DNA of 14,950 bases, taken from the NCBI GenBank assembly GCA_964426185.1, contig CAYRPF010000007.1:48515-63464 (forward strand), written 5' to 3'. Both the position numbers and the translations under genes were made by a program. This DNA is from an uncultured archaeon (GTDB taxonomy: Archaea > Asgardarchaeota > Lokiarchaeia > Sigyniarchaeales > Promethearchaeaceae). The notes beneath the pieces are model-generated. The model had not been told where the DNA came from. It saw only the letters and a program-made list of their open reading frames with translations, and ran no database searches. Numbering within the stretch: the stretch's first letter is position 1; every line of letters starts with the position of its first letter. Shown one piece after another: positions 1-8,314 of this stretch.

Positions 1-1
1 C

Positions 2-1597
2 CCACTCAATCTTTGGGGATTCTTTCTTCCAGGAGTGCCATATCCTTTAGTAGGTCAGAATTCATACGTTTCATGGGGGTTTACTAATACTTATTTTGAC
101 AGTATTGACTGGTACTATTATCAAGAAATTAATTCCACTCATTATGTTCATGATGGAGAAATTACGCCGTATGAATATATTCCTTATAGAATTTCGACTA
201 AAGAAGGTGAAAACGTAGAATATAACATTAAAATTACCAAAGAAGGACCGGTGTTTTCGGATTTCCTCGATAACTCAAGTGAATATTCTCTTTCTGCAGA
301 TTATGCTATTGCTTGCCAATGGATTGCCCATAATGTATCTTGGGAGTTAAGAGCTTTCTATAATTATGCTCATGCTCAAAATAGGGCAGATTTCGATATA
401 GCTTCTACATATTTCTGGTTGCCTTCCCAAAATCATGCTTATGCGGATGTTTGGGGAAATATTGCCATCCGCCCCACAGGTAAAATTCCGATACGAGATA
501 CTTCAAAACTTTCGGATCCAAAAATGGGTTATGGACAATTTCCTTTTAATGGGAGTGCTGGAGAAGGAAAATGGTTGGGATGGCTTCCATTTGACGAGCT
601 TCCCGTAAGTTTGAATCCAGAACAACACTACTTAGTTTCTGCTAATCAAATTGCTGCCGGACCAGAGTACATGACCGCACACGGGAACCAAACCTATCAA
701 ACATATTATTCCAACGGTTATCGGGCTCGGCGTATAAATCAGCTGCTAACAAATGCCACGAATTTAACTATCGATTCAATGAAACATATTCAATTAGATA
801 CGTACAGCATAAAAGCGGAAAATTTCATCCCAATTCTATTAAATGAGATAAGTAATTTATCCGATAATTTTGAAATTCCCTTTAATGAACAGCAAATCCT
901 TCAAGGGCTATCTAATTGGGATTATCAGATGGATGCGGCAAGTTGGGAGCCTACGATTTTCAAATTATGGGTGGAAATCTTGAAAGAAGAGATATTTTTA
1001 GATGAATTTATGGAATGGAATACCATCGAATTTATTCCTTATATTTCAGATGCTTTGGTAGAATATGTATTAAAAAATCCCCGTTTAGATGAATGGTTTG
1101 ATAATATTTCCTCCGCAACTCATGAAAACCGGCAATTAACCGTTTACCAATCATTTAATAAAGCAATATCGACTTTACAGAATTATTTTGCAAATCAACC
1201 ATATATTGATTGGAAATGGGGATCACTACATATGAACAAATTTAATCATCTGACTGGATTGTCCGGTTTCGACTATGGTCCTGTTCCGGCAAATGGGAGC
1301 GCTGATACTATAAATCCCTCATACGGAAATATTTGGCAAAACAATGAGATTTCTCAAGCCGTCAGTTTAGGGGGTGCATCAGAACGATGGATTTGTGATT
1401 GGGGTAGATTGAATGAAAGCGTATCGATTATACCCTCTGGTCAAAGAGGTGTAATTGGTTCAGAACATTTCATGGATCAATTAATGCTGTTCTTGGCGGG
1501 AGACTACCATTTGAATTATTTCACATATGACAATGTGGATAATTTCCCGCCAAATTTGGTTGAATCTGTGCTGATATTTTCAAAGGAGGCAGAATAA
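2..1597 (+). CDS. Penicillin acylase family (peptidase S45, Ntn-hydrolase) protein, 5'-truncated by the window edge
   Basis: The frame is open from base 2 (PLNLWGFFLPGVPYPLVGQNSYVSWGFTN), so the GTG at 35 is internal. Matches the S45 beta-chain motifs 'G..lPG.P....G.N..vsWG.TN', 'PSQNHAYADVWGNI', 'NP...YLVSANQ' (oxyanion Asn), 'GYRARRI.QLL', 'WKWG.LH', and 'PSGQ.G...S.HF.DQ'. The catalytic N-terminal Ser lies upstream of the window. Confidence 0.9.
   Translation, partial: PLNLWGFFLPGVPYPLVGQNSYVSWGFTNTYFDSIDWYYYQEINSTHYVHDGEITPYEYIPYRISTKEGENVEYNIKITKEGPVFSDFLDNSSEYSLSADYAIACQWIAHNVSWELRAFYNYAHAQNRADFDIASTYFWLPSQNHAYADVWGNIAIRPTGKIPIRDTSKLSDPKMGYGQFPFNGSAGEGKWLGWLPFDELPVSLNPEQHYLVSANQIAAGPEYMTAHGNQTYQTYYSNGYRARRINQLLTNATNLTIDSMKHIQLDTYSIKAENFIPILLNEISNLSDNFEIPFNEQQILQGLSNWDYQMDAASWEPTIFKLWVEILKEEIFLDEFMEWNTIEFIPYISDALVEYVLKNPRLDEWFDNISSATHENRQLTVYQSFNKAISTLQNYFANQPYIDWKWGSLHMNKFNHLTGLSGFDYGPVPANGSADTINPSYGNIWQNNEISQAVSLGGASERWICDWGRLNESVSIIPSGQRGVIGSEHFMDQLMLFLAGDYHLNYFTYDNVDNFPPNLVESVLIFSKEAE
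1585..1589 (+). promoter_or_regulatory. Shine-Dalgarno GGAGG for the membrane-protein gene
   Basis: GGAGG lies 8 nt before the ATG at 1598. The upstream TAA directly abuts that ATG (gaaTAAATG). Confidence 0.6.
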
Positions 1598-2026
1598 ATG
1601 GGGATTTTAAAAAATTGGCAAATATACATTCATCACCCACTCGTTCTTTTGGGATTGAACAGTACAATAATCGGTTTATTAACGCTTATCCCATTTTGGC
1701 AATTGATAGTAATACCTTGTTTAATTGTTGGATGGTTGGCTCAAAAAAGTAGTAAATCTTTCTTCACAGGATTTTTAAGTACGGTGTTTGGATGGGGAAT
1801 ATATTATCTTATTACTCTTCTACGCCATGACAGTGCAGTTTTAGCTAATTACTTCACTAATCTTCTTTTCGGTAATTTTAGCATTGGATGGATTATTTTA
1901 CTTTTATCCTTGCTGATAGGAGGGCTTGTTGGTGGATTATCAGGATATCTGGGTTATATCGGATATGAATTTAGAAAAAGAATGAACTTGGAACCGCACA
2001 CCCAAATAAATACTTCTAAAAATTAA
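1598..2026 (+). CDS. Small integral membrane protein of unknown function (about 3-4 TM helices, Gly-rich last helix)
   Basis: 142-aa ORF with several hydrophobic stretches and a GGLVGGLSGYLG glycine-zipper-like helix. It has an SD site and abuts the acylase stop. Confidence 0.8.
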   Translation: MGILKNWQIYIHHPLVLLGLNSTIIGLLTLIPFWQLIVIPCLIVGWLAQKSSKSFFTGFLSTVFGWGIYYLITLLRHDSAVLANYFTNLLFGNFSIGWIILLLSLLIGGLVGGLSGYLGYIGYEFRKRMNLEPHTQINTSKN

Positions 2027-2077
2027 GTTAATTTCTTATTGTATATTGGATTTTTTTCTTTCAATCATTGTTATATT

Positions 2078-2085
2078 TTTATATA
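2078..2085 (+). promoter_or_regulatory. Putative archaeal TATA box (TTTATATA) for the MFS gene
   Basis: TTTATATA ends 22 nt before the ATG at 2108, the spacing expected for a leaderless or near-leaderless archaeal transcript. Confidence 0.5.
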
Positions 2086-2107
2086 CTTCTTTGACAAATT
2101 ATTAAAT

Positions 2108-3496
2108 ATGGATTCAGACACCTTTCTTACCAAGGATAACGAAATCCCCCCAGCATCGACTAAAAAAATGATGCTGTTCGCCTTTCCTCGAATAGGATCA
2201 TCCATTTTATTAGGCTTAATTGGATTTGCCCTATTCACGCTGTACACCACTGGATTCGGTTTGAACGAAACCCAAGTCACCAATCGAATCACCATTGGAT
2301 ACATCGCCATCGCCATATCCCAGCCCTTCTTCGGTTGGATCAGCGATGTGACCTATATCAAAAAACTGGGCAGCCGGAAACCTTACGTCTTTTTGTTAGC
2401 TCCAATTTTGGTATTATCATTCATTTGTTTGCTAATGCCTCAGCTTTTCTTGGATAATCCCTCGGATACTGCCCTTTTAAGCTGGCTGCTTATTTGGAAT
2501 ACCCTCTTTGAAATCTCATATGCAGTCACCACACCTTATCAAGCGTGGATGGCTGAACAGTTCAATGTGCACGATCGACCTAAATGCTCTCAAATTCAAA
2601 ATATTTTTAATTTCATTGGCCAAATTATCCAAACTCTCTTTGCGATGTTAATTTTGACCAATTTTGAAGACAATGTCACAGAATACCGAAACACAATCCC
2701 TCCTGCTTATCGTTGGGGGGTAATTCTTTTCGGCATTTTCTTTCTTTTATCAATTTATTTTTCGGCGTTTTTCATGCCAACCGAACCCAAGAAGGCTGAA
2801 AAACCAAATTTACTTGAAAATTTCAAAATAGCACTTACCAACAAGCGCTATCAGCAAGTTGTATTCATGCAAGGCTTTGCTTCAATTGGTTGGGCAATTG
2901 CAGGAACGGTTATTCTTAAATATTTGGCAGAAGTGCTGTTTTTAAGTACAACCCAAAAAATCATCGTTTCCGGGGTTTTAGTGCTGGGAATTATCTTCTT
3001 CTTAGAATTTTGGAAGCGGAACATTGCTAGAATGGGGAAAACAAAAAGTATTAAGATGGTTTTCTTATTTGGAATTTTTATTATGCCACTGTCTCTAATC
3101 GGACTAATTCCTGTAAATAATGGATTATGGTTTGGATTAATTCTAGTTGGAGGATACGCTTTTGTAATTGGAGGATGGTACTTGTTTCCTTACATAATGT
3201 ATGCTGACTTGGCCGAGGATGATGAACGCCAAACGAATGTACAGAAAGCAGGGCTTTACGTGGGTTATCCCAGTATTATTTTAAATCTTTTCCAAGCTTT
3301 TGGCACTTTCTTATTGGGACAATTGTACAAATTCGGAGAAATTGACGTGGGTGTGCACACGATTAAAATTGGTAATCTAATATGGGGTCCTGTAGTTAGT
3401 ATTATTCTCTTGGGAGTTTATTTTTATACCAATAAATATGTGCTTATTGATTTTGATTGGGCCAAATCTAATTTACCGAATGATTTGCAAGCTTGA
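2108..3496 (+). CDS. MFS transporter, glycoside-pentoside-hexuronide (GPH / MelB-like, MFS_2) family
   Basis: About 12 hydrophobic segments. 'PFFGWISD.T....LGSRKPY' matches the GPH loop 'G..SD.t.srwGRRrPy', and 'PYIMYADLAEDDERQT.VQKAGLY' matches the 'aD..d.de..tG.r.eG.y' motif. The start is more likely the ATG at 2108 (MDSDTF) than 2039, because 2039-2107 is AT-rich and contains the TATA-like box. Confidence 0.88.
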   Translation: MDSDTFLTKDNEIPPASTKKMMLFAFPRIGSSILLGLIGFALFTLYTTGFGLNETQVTNRITIGYIAIAISQPFFGWISDVTYIKKLGSRKPYVFLLAPILVLSFICLLMPQLFLDNPSDTALLSWLLIWNTLFEISYAVTTPYQAWMAEQFNVHDRPKCSQIQNIFNFIGQIIQTLFAMLILTNFEDNVTEYRNTIPPAYRWGVILFGIFFLLSIYFSAFFMPTEPKKAEKPNLLENFKIALTNKRYQQVVFMQGFASIGWAIAGTVILKYLAEVLFLSTTQKIIVSGVLVLGIIFFLEFWKRNIARMGKTKSIKMVFLFGIFIMPLSLIGLIPVNNGLWFGLILVGGYAFVIGGWYLFPYIMYADLAEDDERQTNVQKAGLYVGYPSIILNLFQAFGTFLLGQLYKFGEIDVGVHTIKIGNLIWGPVVSIILLGVYFYTNKYVLIDFDWAKSNLPNDLQA

Positions 3497-3545
3497 AAAT
3501 TATCAAGCTCCAACCTTTTTTAAATTTTATTTTATATTTTTTTTT
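3490..3545 (+). terminator. Inverted repeat plus oligo-T tracts after the MFS gene
   Basis: AGCTTGA-aaatta-TCAAGCT (3490-3509) overlaps the stop codon and is followed by T6 and T9 tracts. Confidence 0.55.
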
Positions 3546-3806
3546 CTTCTTATACAAAACACTATTTTCCATCATGGTAGAGATAGTTATATCCAATAAT
3601 TCAGCCCATTCCATCATAAATTTGTAGCATACTGCTTAATATTGCTCCGTTAGTGCTTTTCGTTTCGTAAAACTTAAAAATTCTATTATATTATGATGAG
3701 TTTCATATTTTAGATATTTATTTATTTGTTAAACAAATGCTTAAGCGATTATCTTCCAATAATTTTTAAATCCAGAAATACTTACAAATTAAACGAGTGA
3801 ATTTAA

Positions 3807-4736
3807 ATGAGTGAAGAAATTTGGTTGGAGTTTGAATGCCCAATTTGTCATGCAAAAAAAGAAGTTAAACTTCCGCAGATTCTATTCAAGAAAAATATCA
3901 CTTCATTAAAAAAAGTTCAAATCGATTCGAGTATATGTTGCGAACATACGTTCATCGCATTTATTTCTCCTTCTTTGAAGGTAATTGGCTATGAAACGGT
4001 TGATATGATTGCTGAACTAAACAAATCAGTGGAAAAATTGTCGCAAATAATTACTTTGGAGAAAATTTTAAAAGATTTCGGAGAGGATATTACAAAATTA
4101 ATTTTTCATGCAGTTATTATTGAAACACCGATAATCATTCTTATCAAGGCAGAAGATAAATCAAAAATTGCCATGAAGTTAAATTATTTTTTTAACCAAA
4201 TTCTACCAGTTGACTTGAAAAATCCATTCCTCTTCAGCGAAATCAGCAATGAAAACCAATTAATTGACCAAAATCAAACAGATAAAGCTTTAATTATAAC
4301 TTCTGATAAGAATGTAAAAGATATATCATGGCAATCTATTCCTTTTTATTATGAGCAAGAATTAATTGAAAAGGCTATGGAAATACTAGATCCTAAGATG
4401 CAATTAGAAGTGTTGAAGGTTTCATTGGAAACATTGTTTTCCTATACCACTGAAATTAACAAAATTTTCAAAGAATGGGAACAATTGGATCGAAGATATT
4501 ATCGTAAATTGGGAAAAATTCATGAATATCAACCGAAGATAATTTATTTTGAGGATCTTCAATCCGTAGCCGAAAAAGAATTTCCTAATCAAATTTCCAG
4601 ATATGGTTTGCAGCTGATTGCCCAAATTTTGAGAAATCGCTTCCATGTTAATTTTTACATTGATAATTTTTTTGATCAAGATGTTAAGAAAAAAATGCCT
4701 AAAGCGAAAGGAAAGCGAAAATTATTTACTAAATAA
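3807..4736 (+). CDS. Hypothetical protein with an N-terminal CPxC...CxH zinc-binding module (Lokiarchaeia-type family), possible DENN-like core
   Basis: 309-aa ORF. 'FECPICH' and 'ICCEHTFIAFI...KVIGYETVD' supply four potential Zn ligands, a pattern I recognise from an expanded Lokiarchaeal hypothetical family. The function is not established. Confidence 0.75.
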   Translation: MSEEIWLEFECPICHAKKEVKLPQILFKKNITSLKKVQIDSSICCEHTFIAFISPSLKVIGYETVDMIAELNKSVEKLSQIITLEKILKDFGEDITKLIFHAVIIETPIIILIKAEDKSKIAMKLNYFFNQILPVDLKNPFLFSEISNENQLIDQNQTDKALIITSDKNVKDISWQSIPFYYEQELIEKAMEILDPKMQLEVLKVSLETLFSYTTEINKIFKEWEQLDRRYYRKLGKIHEYQPKIIYFEDLQSVAEKEFPNQISRYGLQLIAQILRNRFHVNFYIDNFFDQDVKKKMPKAKGKRKLFTK

Positions 4737-4786
4737 CCATTGAATGAACAAATGGTAGCTGTTTTGCTCTTTTTTTACCTTTTTTT
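4737..4786 (+). terminator. Putative terminator after the Zn-ribbon gene
   Basis: CCATT...AATGG inverted repeat immediately after the stop, followed by two T7-8 tracts. Confidence 0.45.
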
Positions 4787-4950
4787 GAATCGATTACGAT
4801 CTTTTCTAATTTTTTGGAAGGTTTTCATTTTTGAATAATCCACTATCTGAAAATTTTCCTTCATTAAATGGCTAAAGGTGCAAAATTGAAAATAAGAATC
4901 AACATCTCCCTAAAAAACTTAATTTGATTTTGGGATTGTGGTAAATACAT

Positions 4951-4966
4951 AAGAAAATTTTTTATA
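4951..4966 (+). promoter_or_regulatory. Putative BRE/TATA promoter for the aconitase gene
   Basis: Purine-rich AAGAAAA followed by TTTTTTATA, about 70 nt upstream of the ATG at 5036. Confidence 0.4.
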
Positions 4967-5035
4967 GGGTTCATTGTTATTGTTAATCAAGTAGGGACTT
5001 CTCCTTACGGATTATTTTTGGGATGAATATATACC

Positions 5036-6976
5036 ATGGGCTCAATCGCAAAAAAAATTCTGCAAGATCATATGGTAGAGGGTACCTTTGAGATCGGGAA
5101 GGAAATTGGTATTAAAATTGATCAAACGCTAACCCAGGATGCGACCGGAACGATGGCTTATCTGCAATTCGAAGCCATGAAACTAGATCGTGTTAAAACT
5201 GAGTTATCAGTTTCATTTGTTGATCATAACACTCTTCAGACCGATTTTAAAAACCCGGATGATCATCGTTATTTGCAATCAGTTGCTGCTAAATTCGGCA
5301 TCAAGTTTTCCCGTCCGGGAAATGGAATATGCCATCAAGTCTTTTTAGAACGCTTTGCTCGACCTGGTAAGACTTTAGTTGGGTCAGATTCACATACTCC
5401 TACCGCAGGTGGAATGGGTCAAATCGCCATCGGAGTGGGGGGATTAGATGTTGCCGTGGCAATGGGTGGAGGTCTTTTTTACCTCAAAACCCCTAAAATT
5501 GTAGGGATCAAATTGACTGGGCAATTAACCGATTATGTAACTGCCAAAGATGTTATATTGGAAGTATTACGCCGTATTAGCGTAAAAGGTGGAGTCGGTA
5601 AAATTTTAGAATATTTTGGACCTGGAGTGAAAACTTTAAGCGTCCCAGAGCGTGCAACCATTACAAATATGGGTGCGGAAACTGGTGCCACTACTTCCAT
5701 TTTTCCAAGTGATGAAATTACCCGGCAATTCTTGAAGTTAGAAGGTCGAGAAAATCAATGGATGGAAATACCAGTAGGTACTGAAGAGGATTACGATGAA
5801 ATCATTGAAATCGATTTATCACAATTAGAATCGTTGGTTGCAAAACCTCACTCACCTGGAAATGTTGTTCCTTTATCTGAATTATACGGTATGAAGGTAG
5901 ATCAAGTAGCCATTGGTTCATGCACCAACTCTTCCTTAAAAGATTTAGAAACGGTGGCATCTTTATTGAAGGGAAAGAAAATTGCCTCACACACAGTTTT
6001 GGGAATTGCTCCCGGATCTCGCCAAGTTTTAGAACAAATTGCAAAAGATGGTGCTTTAGCTTCCATAGTAGCGGCTGGGGCCCGAATATTAGAATCTGCA
6101 TGTGGACCTTGTATTGGAATGGGATTTGCTCCTAAAACCAACGCTACAGTTGTAAGAACATTTAATCGAAATTTCTTTGGACGAACAGGAAATAAAACCG
6201 CCAATGCTTATTTGGTTAGTCCTGAAGTGGCAGTAGCTGCTGCAGTTTTTGGTGAATTTATCGATCCAAAGAAATTAGGTCCGTATCCTAAATTTTCCTA
6301 TCCGGAAGAAATTGATATCGATGATTCTATGATCTTAGATCCACCAGCCGATGGTTCAAATATTGAAATCGTGCGCGGCCCTAACATCAAACCTCTTCCA
6401 GAATTTAATCCACTTCCCGATAATTTTACCAACGTTGAGGTCGTAATCAAAGTAGAAGATAATATTACTACGGATCACATCATGCCTGCTGGCGCTAAAA
6501 TCTTACCACTTCGTTCGAATTTACCCGAAATCAGCAAACATGTATTTGAGCAAATCGATCCTGATTTCTATGACCGCGCCATGAAAGCGAAGGAAAATCA
6601 AGGTGGTGCGATTATTGCTGCTGAAAATTACGGTCAAGGTTCCAGTAGAGAACACGCTGCTTTAGCACCAATGTATTTGGGAATAAAATTCAAAGTTGCC
6701 AAATCTTTTGCTCGTATTCATCGAGATAACTTGGTGAATTTCGGTATTGTCCCTCTAACCTTTGAGAATCCCGCAGATTATGACAAAATCAACCAAGGCG
6801 ACAAATTAACCATCAAAGATATTACAAATGCCTTGAAAGATGGAATCAAACCAATAATTATGCGAAATGAAACCCAAAATATAGACATTCCACTTACTTA
6901 TGACCTATCTGAACGTGATAGACAGATTATTTTAGCTGGTGGCAAACTTACTTATGTAAGCGCCCAGTTAAAATAA
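5036..6976 (+). CDS. acnA: Aconitate hydratase (compact ~650-aa single-chain AcnA-architecture type, as in Aquifex/clostridia/some archaea)
   Basis: Motifs DQTLTQDATGTMA, DHN, GNGICHQ, GSDSHT, GSCTN and CGPCIG (three [4Fe-4S] Cys), TFNRNF.GR, TTDHI.PAG, NYGQGSSREHAA, SFARIH..NL.N.G. The swivel domain is fused at the C-terminus, and the gene is adjacent to ATP-citrate lyase. Confidence 0.93.
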   Translation: MGSIAKKILQDHMVEGTFEIGKEIGIKIDQTLTQDATGTMAYLQFEAMKLDRVKTELSVSFVDHNTLQTDFKNPDDHRYLQSVAAKFGIKFSRPGNGICHQVFLERFARPGKTLVGSDSHTPTAGGMGQIAIGVGGLDVAVAMGGGLFYLKTPKIVGIKLTGQLTDYVTAKDVILEVLRRISVKGGVGKILEYFGPGVKTLSVPERATITNMGAETGATTSIFPSDEITRQFLKLEGRENQWMEIPVGTEEDYDEIIEIDLSQLESLVAKPHSPGNVVPLSELYGMKVDQVAIGSCTNSSLKDLETVASLLKGKKIASHTVLGIAPGSRQVLEQIAKDGALASIVAAGARILESACGPCIGMGFAPKTNATVVRTFNRNFFGRTGNKTANAYLVSPEVAVAAAVFGEFIDPKKLGPYPKFSYPEEIDIDDSMILDPPADGSNIEIVRGPNIKPLPEFNPLPDNFTNVEVVIKVEDNITTDHIMPAGAKILPLRSNLPEISKHVFEQIDPDFYDRAMKAKENQGGAIIAAENYGQGSSREHAALAPMYLGIKFKVAKSFARIHRDNLVNFGIVPLTFENPADYDKINQGDKLTIKDITNALKDGIKPIIMRNETQNIDIPLTYDLSERDRQIILAGGKLTYVSAQLK

Positions 6977-7029
6977 TTTTTTTCAATCCCTTATCAAAAA
7001 ATTTAATTAACTAAATAAGAAGACCTACA

Positions 7030-8313
7030 ATGGCACAAAAACCAATTTACGAATATGATGGGAAGAATTTAATTGCCAGTCAACTCCCGAGGTATTTCCC
7101 GGAATTTAAATTCCATAATAAACTGGTCATTCTCACACCAGAAACTGATATTGATGCATTAGCAGCAGAATATCCATGGTTGAAAACTGATCGTTTAGTA
7201 GCCAAACCGGATCAATTATTCGGTAAACGTGGAAAAGCAAATTTGCTTCTTTTAAACGGAGATTATGAACAGTTAAAGCAATTTGCCGCAGAAAAATTAA
7301 ATAAAACCTTTGAAATTCGAGGTAAAAAAGGAAAATTGACCCGTCTCTTGGTTGAACCATTTATTCCCCACGAAACAGAATATTATGTTTCAATCACCTC
7401 TGATCGAGATTTTGATATTGTCCATTTTTCCGTAGAAGGTGGTATTTTCGTAGAAGAAAACTGGGATAAAGTTACACATATCCACATTCCATTCGATGCA
7501 GATATAGATACCTTTGATTTTTCTTCAAAATTACCTGATTTAGGTGATTTGAGTGAATTGGTGGTGAAATTCATAAAAGGTTTACTGCACGTCTATCAAG
7601 ATCAAGATTTTGCCTTCTTGGAAATCAATCCTTTTGCGATTACTGATGATCGACAAATCGTACCCTTAGACTTAAAATCTCGCTTGGACAATACAGCCTA
7701 CTTCTTACATCCCGATACATGGGGTAATCCCAACAATCCCATTGAATTTCCCGGCGGATTCGGTCAAGAATTAACTCCCGAGGAACAAAAAATTGCGGAA
7801 TTAGATGAAAAAACAGGCGCCTCTTTAAAATTAAAAATCATAAATCCAGACGGTCATATTTGGACTCTTCTATCCGGCGGGGGTGCATCGGTAATTTTCA
7901 CGGATACTATCGCTGACTTAGGATTTGGGGATGAATTAGCTAACTATGGTGAATATTCTGGTAATCCCTCTTTGGAACACACCGAAATATACGCCGAAAC
8001 TGTAATTGATTTAATGACTCGAAATCCCGATCCTGAAGGAAAACCCAAATATCTTTTCATTGCTGGAGGCATCGCCAATTTTACGAATGTTAAAGCTACT
8101 TTTACAGGAATTGTTAACGCATTTCGAAAGAAAGTCGAAGCACTCAAAAAAGCAAATGTCAAGATTTATGTGCGGCGTGGTGGACCTTATGAAAAAGAAG
8201 GATTGCAAATGATGAAAGATATCGGGAAAGAACTGGATTTACCCATAGAAGTACATGATCGTTATTCACCTTTGACTCGCATAGTTCCTATTGCGTTGAA
8301 AGGAGGAAATTAA
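7030..8313 (+). CDS. aclB: ATP-citrate lyase beta subunit (ATP-grasp plus citrate-binding domain)
   Basis: MAQKPIYEYDGK N-terminus, LVAKPDQLFGKRGK, GASLKL, GGGASV, ANYGEYSGNP, GGIANFTNV, YVRRGGP. These are ACL-specific motifs, distinct from succinyl-CoA synthetase beta. Confidence 0.95.
   Translation: MAQKPIYEYDGKNLIASQLPRYFPEFKFHNKLVILTPETDIDALAAEYPWLKTDRLVAKPDQLFGKRGKANLLLLNGDYEQLKQFAAEKLNKTFEIRGKKGKLTRLLVEPFIPHETEYYVSITSDRDFDIVHFSVEGGIFVEENWDKVTHIHIPFDADIDTFDFSSKLPDLGDLSELVVKFIKGLLHVYQDQDFAFLEINPFAITDDRQIVPLDLKSRLDNTAYFLHPDTWGNPNNPIEFPGGFGQELTPEEQKIAELDEKTGASLKLKIINPDGHIWTLLSGGGASVIFTDTIADLGFGDELANYGEYSGNPSLEHTEIYAETVIDLMTRNPDPEGKPKYLFIAGGIANFTNVKATFTGIVNAFRKKVEALKKANVKIYVRRGGPYEKEGLQMMKDIGKELDLPIEVHDRYSPLTRIVPIALKGGN
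8302..8306 (+). promoter_or_regulatory. Shine-Dalgarno GGAGG for aclA
   Basis: GGAGG sits inside the aclB 3' end, 8 nt before the ATG at 8315. There is a 1-nt gap between the aclB stop and the aclA start. Confidence 0.65.
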
Positions 8314-8314
8314 A

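Noticed and set aside
35-37. GTG start for the acylase in the ORF track
   Set aside because: The frame is open to the window edge and the upstream residues continue the conserved S45 motif, so this is an internal Val.
2039-2107. N-terminal extension of the MFS ORF
   Set aside because: AT-rich, low-complexity sequence containing the probable TATA box. The ATG at 2108 is more plausible.
2071-2316. 81-aa minus-strand ORF
   Set aside because: Antisense shadow of the MFS gene with no recognisable motifs.
3550-3720. Minus-strand coding-looking fragments with an in-frame TGA (..MLQIYDGMG*IIGYNYLYHDGK*), considered as a selenoprotein or pseudogene
   Set aside because: Very short, with no redox-motif context, no identifiable SECIS and no recognisable family. 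It cannot be supported without a homology search.
4422-4679. 85-aa minus-strand ORF
   Set aside because: Antisense to the Zn-ribbon gene, with no motifs.
5802-8208. Several short alternative-frame or antisense ORFs inside aconitase and aclB
   Set aside because: All are fully nested in highly conserved enzymes and are typical shadow ORFs.
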